Shown: positions 9,101 to 21,100 of the stretch, piece by piece
Position numbering within the stretch: the first letter of the stretch is position 1
Layout of the letters: every line of letters begins with the position of its first letter
Source: Malacoraja senta
Taxonomy: Eukaryota
Direction of reading: 5' to 3'
Length of the DNA stretch: 64,000 nt
Assembly: GCA_038087875.1 (NCBI GenBank)
Contig: JAXLNO010000618.1
Coordinates: forward strand, 124,001-188,000
Program-made: the position numbers and the translations under genes
The notes under the pieces: model-generated
Told to the model about the DNA's origin: nothing
Database searches by the model: none
What the model saw: the letters and a program-made list of their open reading frames with translations, nothing else

Positions 9101-12100
9101 ATGAGACTGGTTTGGATCAATGGCGATGGCAAAAGTGTTGGAGAAAAGACACTGACTGTGGAAGAGAAATCACAGAGTCTGGTTATTCAGAAAGCTGAGA
9201 GAGGCAGAGGGAACTGGAGATGTGGTTTGTTTCATCAAGACCTGCCCCGGCTTTTTGTCCCGTACTATCAGGAGCCCCGTGGTAAGTGATAAGGGTTTGT
9301 TCTTCATACTTAGAGTCATGATTGAGTTTTGATGTCGCTTATTGATCCTGAAATTTGAGTGGAATATTTTCTTCCAGTTTGAGTAGTCTAACTGTTATGA
9401 TCAATGAATTCTCAAATTTCAAATAACACTTCCCGAACCCCACTTCTCCCCCCCCCTTCATTGTGCACGCATTTATCCCACCACCCAGTTATCCTATTCT
9501 CTTCCCTTCCTCTTTCAACTCATCTCCCACCCCTTCCAATTGCAGAGTTTTCCTTTTATGTTCTTGCTCCACTTCCACCCATATCCCTCCCTCTGTTACT
9601 GATCTGACTGTAGATCAGTCAGTATTAGTTGACCTGATCTATGTCATGTTTTACTGCATGCCGCTGTGTACTCAAACAGTCATCATATTATCTGGTCTGT
9701 TAGTCCAGCCTCTAGTTAGATTCGTTGCTGAGCTTGAGCTTACAACACCTAAGTATTTGAGCTCTGTGTGTTTACTATAACAAACAACTTCTTCTTATGT
9801 ATGGATCCTGTTATTACACATGTTTACACTGACAACCTTTTGTCTCCATTTCACCCCTCCATTTTGTCATTATCTCCATCCATCTACTCATCACCATTCC
9901 CCACCTGTATCCACCTATCACTCACCATGCTTTGTCTCGTGCCTACTTCCCTTCCCCAGTTGTCACTCTCCCATTCCATCAGTCTGAGAATGCATCCTGA
10001 CATGAAACGTCATCAATCCATTCCCTCCACAGATGCTGCCTGACCCATTGAGTTTCTCCAACACTTTGCGTTTGATCAACATTCCACAATCTGCAGTTTC
10101 TTGTGTCTCCATGGAGACCCACTGGTCAACGTGGACAGATTGCTGCAGAGGGCCTGTTTCCATGCTGTTCCATGATGATGAATTATAACGTACAACTTAG
10201 TAAAGATTAATTCTCTGCAATATTGCTACTGACAAGGTCAGTGAAAAATTATTGTCCAAAATTTACACATTTGTTCTCTTTTCCTACAGGAAGTGGACAT
10301 TATATGTACTTTTTCCATCAGGAAGGCAACTTTGTATTGAAAGGACCAGACAGTCCTGGAAATGGCCCCATTGACTTGGAATGGAGGCCACACTCAGGGC
10401 AACAAACCACAAAGCGATTGGCCACTTTCCACAGAGAAGATCAGCAGTGGGACGTACAATGGAGTGATGAGTACATTCAAATACCAGGCATTTCCCAGAG
10501 GATGCATGCGGACTGGGGTACCCTTAATCTGAGGATCAGGATGCCCACATTCAAACTTGCAGGACTGTTCACCTGGACTCAAACAGAGTCCGCTGGGAAA
10601 ATCCTGAGACAGTGGGAACTATTTGGGATCAAAGGTAATAGAGTCATAGTGTCACACAGCACTGAAACAGGCCCTTTGGCCCAATTCATCCATACTGACC
10701 AACTACCCATCTAAACATCCCATTTGCCCTCATTTGGCCCATATCCCTTCAACCTTTTTTCCATCTACCTGTTTAAATGCCCTTTAAATGCTGTACCTGC
10801 ATCAAACACTTCCTCTGCTCGATCTTTCCATAAAGTATGTTTAGGTACCACACTCTTTGTCAAAACTGCCCCTAATATTAAGGGGTATATCAAATCTGCC
10901 CCTCTCACCTTAAACATGTACTAACTAGTTGTTGATTCCCCAACCCTGGACAAAAGACCATGTGCGTTTACTATAGATATGCCTCTCATGATTTTATTCA
11001 CTCCCATATAATCTCTGTTAAAGACATCCAAGAAATATAATGTCTGAAGAAGGGTCTCAACCTGAAACGTCACCTATCCATGTTCGCTAGAGTTCAAAGG
11101 TCTTTTATTGTCACGTGTACCAATTAAGGGGCAGTGATATTCATATTAACAGACCTGCTGAATTACTCCTGCACTTTATGTCCTTTTATATATTAACCAG
11201 CATCTGCAGTTCTGTGTTTCTACTATACTAAAAACATCCCTACCTGGAAGTGTTGATGTGGGAGACGAGGGGGCGAGGGGGACAGGTCGTCACTACCAGG
11301 AAGTGTTGATGTGGGAGACGATGGGGCGAGGGGGACAGGTGGTCACTACCAGGAAGTGTTGATGTGGTAGACGAGGGGGTGAGGGGGACAGGTGGTCACT
11401 ACCAGGAAGTGTTGATGTGCGAGACGAGGGGGCGAGGGGGACAGGTGGTCACGACCAGGAAGTGTTGATGTGGGAGACGAGGGGGCGAGGGGGACAGGTG
11501 GTCACTACCTGGAAGTGTTGATGTGGGAGACGAGGGGGCGAGGGGGACAGATGGTCACTACCTGGAAGTGTTGATGTGGGAGACGAGGGGGCGAGGGGGA
11601 CAGATGGTCACTACCAGGAAGTGTTGAAGACATCACTGAGCACGGTAGCTCAACATTCAGCCGACTGTCTGTCTGCAGGAAAAAGACAATTCTGCCCACA
11701 GTAGTTCAGAAAGCTGTTGGTGAACTGAACCACATGTGTCTGTTTCCACAGTTGAGGCCGACTCACCGAGGCCAGTGATGGGCAGTGACATCACCCTCAG
11801 CTGTACCATCTCCAGACTCTCAGATACCATCAGTCTTCACTGGAAACCAAGAGGCTCATCTCAGCAGAACAGGAGGAGCAACACTGATCAAATCCATCTG
11901 AATAACGCCGTCTATCTGATGATCCAACATGTTGGAGCAGGAAATCCCAATCTGTACACATGGGAAGTGCAGGAAAATACCTCCATTGTTCTCACTGGAG
12001 ACTCCAATGTCGAAGTGGATCAGGGTGAGTCCAAAGCTGCCTTGCAGCAGGTATTAAATAGATCTTGATATCAAACTGTTCCACATGTTGTATAGTGAGC

Positions 12101-15100
12101 ACTGACTCCACCCGTGGGCTTCCACACTGCAGGATGTGGACATTGCCTTTACCCTGGGACATGGTGTAAATATAAAATGGTGGCACTAAGATTGATGGAG
12201 CAACACAGGAGAACCAAGGGATTCATTTCAGTTCACCTGTATGAATCAAAGAGAATAATATCCAGTGATGGAAATAACATCTAGTTTTCAGTGTATAACA
12301 GAACAGGAAAATATGAACTAATTCAAGTATAAATGCAGTGGAAATATCAGAATCAGAATCACATTTTATTGGCCACGTAATAATACACAGGGAATTTGAC
12401 AGTGCTTTGCTCGCATAAGGTAAAAACACGATATACAACAGACAATTAAAAATAAAACATTATAATTTAAACATGTGAAAATAAAGTACCTGAGTAAAAA
12501 GAGGCTACCGACTTTTGGCTGTTGAGTAGAGCTACGGCTCGTGGGAACAAGTTGTTTTTATGTCTGGCTGTGGCTGCTTTGACAATCAGGACTCACCTGC
12601 CAGAGGGAAGTGATTCAAAGAGTTTGTGGCCTGGGTGAGAGGGGTCAGAGATCATCTTGCCCGCTCACTTCCTGGCCCTTGCAGTGTACAGTTCATCAAT
12701 GGAGGGAATGTTGCAGCCAATAACCTTCTCTGCTGATCGGACGATTCGCTGCAGCCTCCAGGTATCGTGCTTGGTGGCTGAGCCAAACCAGACCATGATG
12801 GAGAAGGTGAGGACAGACTCTATGATGGTAGTGTAAAACTGGACCATCATTGCCTGTGGCAGGTTGTGTTTCCTCAGCTGCCGCAGGAAGTACATCCTCT
12901 GTTGGGACTTTTTGACTGTGGAGTCGATGGTGGCCTCCCAATTAAGGTTGCTGGAGATGATGATTCCGAAGAAATTAAATGACTCCACAGTTGTGACTGT
13001 GGTGTTGTTGAAGGTGAGTGGGGGAGGGGAGGGGGAGCTCTACAATCAGGAGGGGAGGATTGAGTCTACAATCAATTCCACTGTCTATAGAGCACTGAGC
13101 TTCAGGTTGTTACGATGTCAACAGGACACCAGCTTTATGATTAGGGTGACTTGGACATCGTGCTGAAGTAAGCATGCAGGTACAGCAGGCAATGGAGAAA
13201 GCAAATGGCATGTTGGCCTTCATAGCGAGATGATTTGAGTATAGGAGCAAAGAGATCCTACTGCAGGTGTACGGGGCCCTGGTGAGACCACACCTGGAGT
13301 ATTGTGTGCAGTTTTGGTCTCCTAGTTTGAGAAAGGACATTCTTGCTATCGAGGGAGTGCAGCATAGGTTCACCAGGTTAATTCCTGGAATGGCGGACTG
13401 ACATATGATGAAAGAATGGATCGATTGGGTATATATTCACTGAAATTTAGAAGGATGAGAAGGGATCTTATAGAAACGTATAAAATTATTAAGGGATTGG
13501 GCAGGCTAGATGCAGGAAAAATGTTCCCCATGTTGGGCGAGTCCAGAACCATGGGTCCCAGCTGACATCCCAGAGCCGGGGGTTTGTCCCTGTGGAAACT
13601 CACAACATTGTATCTCGGCGTGTGTGGAAATCTAATTCTTTGATCCCTGTCCCTCTCTTGCAGGTTTACATAACAAGACGTACACAGTTTATCGCTCAGT
13701 CACAGATCACAGTCAACTTGACCTGATTTGTGAAGCTTCTCCTGAGCTCATTGAAACCAAATGGACTTGGAGATCACCACGTTTCCAGAATCAAGAGAAG
13801 GAAATAGCTTCTTCTCACAGGTCTGGGCCGATACATGTCAACAGGAGCTACTTTGGGAATCGACTGGAAACCATAGAGGGAAATGTGAATGGCAAGAATT
13901 TCCATGTGAGGATTGTCCCCGTGCAGTTTGCAGATGCCGGAGTTTACACATGTTCCACGGGATCAAATATACATGTGACCATTGAACTAATCACAGTTAC
14001 AGGTAGGAGACTGGATGTTACTACTTTCAAGAATTAAGTTACTGGTGTAGAGTTTCTAATCTGAGTGCAGACTGCAATGTCAGCAGAAATTCCCAAGTTT
14101 GAAGAATTATTTTACCTCCAGAGCTTCCTCTTCAACTTATTTGTATTTTGCTGAACCCAAAATCTGCTCTAAACCAACATTATTGGGAAGCACATCAAAT
14201 GTTATTTTCATTTATTTTGCTGAAAACACATTGTTTTATACATAAGAGGGGGAATATGATGAAATGTGATTCACAAAGGTGCAAATGAGCTTCTATCGAA
14301 AATATTTAAAAATCATTCAACTTCTCTTAATACATTCCCCAAGTTTCTTTGACCCCAAACGACCCATCCTAATTTTTGAAGGCTCACTGGACGCTTAAAA
14401 CTGAGTGTATTTTGTGGAATTTATCGATTAATATTTACCTGGATGAGTGTTGTGGCCAAAACTGTGGCCAGAGACAATGATGTGGGCATTGGTTGCTCTT
14501 TGTATAATTAGTTCAAAACTGTTGTGAATGATTATGGAAAAGACACTTGGAGAGGTACATGGATGGGAAAGGTGCAGAGGGATATGGGCCAAATGTGGGA
14601 ACATATTTTAGATGGAGCATCTTGGTCAGCATGGATGAGTTGGGCTGAATGGACCGAATTGTTTCATGCTGTGTGACTATGCCTCTAACTCTTGTTGTGT
14701 AATATAATTTTCCACACTTAGAACGCCAGATACTGGTGTCAAAGTACTGAGAAAAATACAACACAATCCAGACAAAATTCATTGTTTTACGATTTTCTTC
14801 TTTCCACAGTCACAACTGAACCATCTAGCGCAGTGACTGAGGGAAGAAACATTACCTTGACCTGCTCTGTGTCTCATGTCACTGAGTCAATAAGACTGGT
14901 TTGGATCAATGATGAAGGCAAAGTTGTAGAGCAGAAAAATCTCATTCAAACAAAGCAGGAGAACAATTCTTTGCAGCTGATTATTGCAATAGCTGATGGA
15001 GTAAGAAGGAAATGGACATGTGGTTTGTTTCATCAAAGCACAGCCAAGGTTTCCATTCCATATAATCTGCAGGTGAACAGTAAGTTTCTTAGCTTCTGCT

Positions 15101-18100
15101 CTTCGTTATCTCGACACAGAGTTCTTGTCACGTTGCTATTCTTTTTGGATAACTTTTAACATTTCATGTCTTACTGCAAGTAGAGCTCAATCATAGACAT
15201 TTCCTGCAAACCTCTTGTCCATGCCTATAAGGTCACTTCTATTGTAAGTAGTCCAGGTCTCTGAAGCACATGGGAGCACATGGATCACTACTGCTGGCAG
15301 ACCACTGACCAAGTCCTATGTTGGCCATCTCATTGAAGGTGATCGGGAATTTCATCATCAATGTCTGTCCTTGTTGATAAGGGTCTCCACAGGTATGAAA
15401 ACTGGTCCAGTAGTATGAAAACCAGTGTGTCACTGTGAACCTTTTTGACAGAGGTCAGTATAGTAAGGTGGGCAGCTTGGTGGAAGATCTTTGCCATAAC
15501 ACCCAAACTGTGCCCCTTAAAGATCACAAAAGTAGTGAAAATCATCTTACAAATAGTTGTACAAGTTTCTTTCCCCTGTTCTGATGCTGTAAAACATTAC
15601 AGCGGTTGAAGCATCCACAGTAACTTCACCAAAGGCTGCCGTGTGAGAACAGAAGATGTGGGGGAGGGAATACTGATGTCTTCACCTTGTCTGACCATGG
15701 TGGCGCGGTGGTAGGGTTGCTGCCTTACAGCGCCAGGGACCCGGGTTCAATCCTGACTACAGGTGCTGTCTGTATGGAGTTTGTACCTTCATCCCGTGCC
15801 CTATGTGGGTTTTCACGAGGATTTCCGGTTTTCTCCCAAATTCCAAAGATGAACAAGTCTGTAGGTTAATAGGCTTGGTTTAATTGTATGTTGTCCCTGG
15901 TGTGTGTAGGATAGTGTTAGTCTGTGGGAATCGCTGGTTGGTGTGGACTCGGCGAGCCGAAGGGCCTGTTTCCGCGCTGTATCTCTAAACTAAACACGCC
16001 CTTTCCTCCCAATCCCACCCATCCATTAATCCCTGCCCTTCATGTGGCCCCAAGCCTCGGTGAAAGACATTTTGTACAATGCTGACAGAAGGCAAAGCAC
16101 TGATCCCTAACAGAGGAAGATCCTGTAAACACCCAGGCACAAAGAAACAATCTCCACCACACATAGATCAATGAAGAGTCAGTGAAGCACAGTGGAAAGT
16201 ATCAATGTCCCAACAGAAACATTTTAATTCCTCACAGATAATCACATCATCCAATCATAGAATTGTGGAATGGTTGTAGCACAGAAGGTGGCCATTTGAC
16301 CCATCATATCCATGCTAACTCTCATCCAGAGCAACTCGCTAATTCTACCCCCTCTCCTTTTGCCATTACATTGCAGCTTTTTCATCACTATATATTTCTC
16401 CAATTCTCTCTGGAAAGCCACGATAGAACCCAGCTCCCCAACTGATGCAGACAGTACACTTCAGACTCCAACTGCCTGCTGCCTAAAAAGATTTTCCTCA
16501 AGTCATTCTAACATGTTTTCCCCTTTATTTTAAACCTATAACTTTTTGTGCTCAGCCTTTCCACTGAAGGGAGCATCCTTCCACAATCCATTCTGTTCAG
16601 ACTGAATAAATGATGCATAAATGAACAATTATGCCATTGTGCAGATAACTATTAATGACTATGATATAGTTGGGATCACGGAGACATGGCTCCAGGGTGA
16701 CCAAGGCTGGGAGCTGAACATCCGGGGATATTCAATATTCAGGAGGGATAGACAGAAAGGAAAAGGAGGTGGGGTAGCGTTGCGGGTTAGAGAGGAGATT
16801 AACACAATAGAAAGGAAGGACATTAGCTTGGAGGATGTGGAATCGATATGGGTAGAGCTGCGAAACACTAAGGGGCAGAAAACACTAGTGGGTGTTGTGT
16901 ACAGGCCACCTAACAGTAGTAGTGGAGTTGGGGATGGCATCAAACAGGAAATTAGAAATGCGTGCAACAAAATAAAACAGTTATAATGGGTGACTTCAAT
17001 CTACATATAGATTGGGTGAATCAAATTGGCAGGGGTGCTGAGGAAGAGGATTTCTTGGAATGTATGCGGGATAGTTTTCTAAACCAACATGTAGAGGAAC
17101 CAACGAGAGAGCAGGCTATTCTAGACTGGGTATTGAGTAATGAGGAAGGGTTAGTTAGCAGTCTTGTTGTGCGTGGCCCCTTGGGCAAGAGTGACCATAA
17201 TATGGTTGAGTTCTTCATTAGGATGGAGAGTGACATTGTTAATTCAGAAACAAGGGTTCTGAACTTAAAGAAAGGTAATTTTGAGGGTATGAGACGTGAA
17301 TTTGCCAAGATTGACTGGCAATTGATTCTTAAAGGGTTGACGGTGGATATGCAATGGAAGGCATTTAAAGACTGCATGGATGAACTACAAAAATTGTTCA
17401 TCCCAGTTTGGCAAACGAATAAATCAGGGAAGGTAGTGCATCCGTGGATAACAAGGGAAATCAGGCATAGTATCATAACAAAAGATAAAGCGTACAACTT
17501 AGCCAGAAAAAGCAGCCTACCAGAGGACTGGGAGGAATTCAGAGTCCAGCAGAGGAGGACAAAGGGCTTAATTAGGAAAGGGAAAATAGATTATGAAAGA
17601 AAACTGGCAGGGAACATAAAAACTGACTGCAAAAGATTTTATAGATATGTGAAGAGAAAGAGATTAGTTAAAACAAATGTAGGTTCCTTGCAGTCAGAAA
17701 CAGGTGAATTGATCATGGGGAACAACGACATGGCAGACCAATTGAATAACTACTTTGGTTCTGTCTTCACTAAGGAAGACATAAATAATCTGCCGGAAAT
17801 AGCAGGGGACCGCGGGTCAAATGAGATAGAGGAACTGAGTGAAATCCAGGTTAGCCGGGAAGTGGTGTTAGGTAAATTGAATGGATTAAAGGCCGATAAA
17901 TCCCCAGGGCCAGATAGGCTGCATCCCAGAGTACTTAAGGAAGTAGCCCCAGAAATAGTGGATGCATTAGTGATAATTTTTCAAAACTCCTTAGATTCTG
18001 GAGTAGTTCCTGAGGATTGGAGGGTAGCTAATGTAACCCCCTTTTTAAAAAGGGAGGGAGAGATAAAACGGGGAATTACAGACCAGTTAGTCTAACATCG

Positions 18101-21100
18101 GTAGTGGGGAAACTGCTAGAGTCAGTTATTAAAGATGGGATAGCAGCACATTTGGAAAGTGGTGAAATCATTGCACAAAGTCAGCAAGGATTTACGAAAG
18201 GTAAATCATGTCTGACGAATCTTATAGAATTTTTCGAGGATGTAACAAGTAGAGTGGATAAGGGAGAACCAGTGGATGTGTTATATGTGGACTTTCAGAA
18301 GGCTTTCGACACGGCCCCACATAAGAGATTAGTATACAAACTTAAAGCACACAGTATTGGGGGTTCAGTGTTGATGTGGATAGAGAACTGGCTGGCAAAC
18401 AGGAAGCAAAGAGTAGGAGTAAACGGGTCCTTTTCAGAATGGCAGGCAGTGACTAGTGGGGTACCGCAAGGCTCAGTGTTGCGTCCCCAGCTATTTACAA
18501 TATATATTAATGATTTGGACGAGGGAATTGAATGCAACATCTCCAAGTTTGCGGATGACACGAAGCTGGGGGGCAGTGTTAGCTGTGAGGAGGATGCTAG
18601 GAGGCTGCAAGTTGATTTGGATAGGCTGGGTGAGTGGGAAAATGCATGGCAGATGCAGTATAATGTGGATAAATGTGAGGTTATCCACTTTGGTGGCAAA
18701 AACAGGAAAGTAGACTATTATCTAAATGGTGCCCGATTAGGAAAAGGGGCGATGCAACGAGACCTGGGTGTCATGGTACACCAGTCATTGAAAGTAGGCA
18801 TGCAGGTGCAGCAGGCAGTGAAGAAAGCGAATGGTATGTTAGCATTCATAGCAAAAGGATTTGAGTATAGGAGCAGGAAGGTTCTACTGCAGTTGTACAG
18901 GGTCTTGGTGAGACCACACCTGGAGTATTGCGTACAGTTTTGGTCTCCAAATCTGAGGAAAGACATTCTTGCCATAGAGGGAGTACACAGGTTCACCAGA
19001 TTGATTCCTGGGATGTCAGGACTTTCATATGAAGAAAGACTGGATAGACTCGGCTTGTACTCGCTAGAATTTAGAAGATTGAGGGGGGTTCTTGTAGAAA
19101 CTTACAACATTCTTAAGGGATTGGACAGGCTAGATGCAGGAAGATTGTTCCCGATGTTGGGGAAGTCCAGGACAAGAGGTCACAGTTTAAGGATTAAGGG
19201 GAAATCCTTTAGGACCGAGATGAGAAAAACCTTTTTTCACACGGAGAGTGGTGATTCTCTGGAACTCTCTGCCACAGAAGGTAGTTGAGGCCAGTTCATT
19301 GCCTATATTTAAGAGGGAGTTAGATGTGGCCCTTGTGGCTAAAGGGATCAGAGGGTATGGAGAGAAGGCAGGTACAGGATACTGAGTTGGATGATCAGCC
19401 ATGATCATATTGATTGGCGGTGCAGGCTCGAAGGGCCGAATGGCCTACTCCTGCACCTATTTTCTATGTTTCTATGATGTGATGAAAGAGCATTATTGAC
19501 TCTTGTCTTCAAACTCTCTCTTCAGTGTGCCATGGTAATAACTGGACAGAGAACAGCCATTAAAAGAATCTCAATTATACCAGCCATGTTTACTGTTTAG
19601 TTTAGAGATACAGCGCGGAAACAGGCCCTTCGGCCCACCGGGTCCACGCCAACCAGCGATCCCCGCATAATAACACTATCCTACACCCACTAGGGACAAT
19701 TTTTACATTTACCATGCCAATTAACCTACAAACATGTACCTCTTTGGAGTGTGGAAGGAAACAGAGGATCTCGGAGAAAACCCATGCAGGTCCCGGGGAG
19801 AAAGTACAAACTCCGTACTGACAGCACCCGTAGTCGGGATCGAGCCCGGGTCTCCGGCGCTGCATTCACTAAGGCAGCAACTCTACCGCTGCGCCACCGT
19901 GCCGCATTCATTGTGTCATCTCTTTGTGACATGTTTATAGTTTGACTTGCCGATTCAACTGCTTCAATGCACCATCTGATGTGATTATTTGACTGAACAC
20001 AGCAACCTGCTCCCTGATGGTCACTGTGTGCTTAAGGTTGGTGTTATTAATCCTTACTCCTGGCGAGCAGCAGTCTCCCCCTGGCAGAAGACAACAGGGC
20101 TCTGACTATAGTCGGCTGAGAGTCCACTGAGGAATGAAGGCTTTGGTTGTCCTCTGCCTGTGCCTCAGTGCCAGTAAAACCCTGCTCCGTCAGCCGCTGC
20201 ACCAAGGGAGAGGCCACCCCAACCCACACCGACCCCACTGTGGTGTCCCCACCTCCCAGATTGGAAATCTGTGCTCCCGGCTGAGCAGAAGCCTCCCCAT
20301 GTACGCTCATCAACACAGTCTCACTATGGAGCAGAACTGAAGTTGAACTTTATTTTACAAGGGTCGCGCACACCAGCCTCTCCATCCTTTGGCCTCATTG
20401 CAGACTGATGCTTTTGGGTGTTGAGCTGTCCTTAGAGGGCAGGACATATCAATCAGTGAGTGAATAGATTAGTTGGTGTGTGGAATTAATGCATGGATCA
20501 ACCATCTCCAATTTTACACTAAAAACACATGAAGTTGTGCTCATTAGGATTGCAATAATAATGTGTTCAACCTCATTGACATCAGTAGGCAATGGTTACA
20601 TGCACAATACAGTTTTAGTACTTGAAGACCAAAATTAATTTTAGGAGTTGAAAATCGGAATTAAAAATAATAATAATAATCAGCAGGACAGATAGGAACT
20701 GTGAAAGAGGAACAAGTCCAGCCATGATCGCATTAAATGGCGGTGCTGGCTCGAGGGGCTGAATGGCCTACTCCTGCACCTATTGTCTATTGGCAAAGAT
20801 CCTTTCTTTGAATCTGACAATGTTTTATTCATCATAAAACATGAACTCACTTCTTTCCCTTTCCACGGATACTGCTCAAACGGCTGAGTATTTGTAACGT
20901 TTACAGTTCTTGTGCTCCTGGTTAGAGAGGATTGAAGCTGGAGGGCAATATCCACTCTGTTGTCAGCAGTGTTCATTCAACCATTGTTCCAGGCTTAGAC
21001 TTTGATAGACATTTGTCCACTGTACAGTGGGAAGTGTCACAGCTGAATCAGCTACTTTATCAACCAACCATCAGCTCCCATCTCCTGCCTGAGAAATGTC

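Noticed and set aside
9463-9780. Hydrophobic stretch in the D4-D5 intron as a possible TM exon ending a four-domain gene
   Set aside because: No convincing phase-1 acceptor/donor pair, no basic stop-transfer motif, and no new leader before D5.
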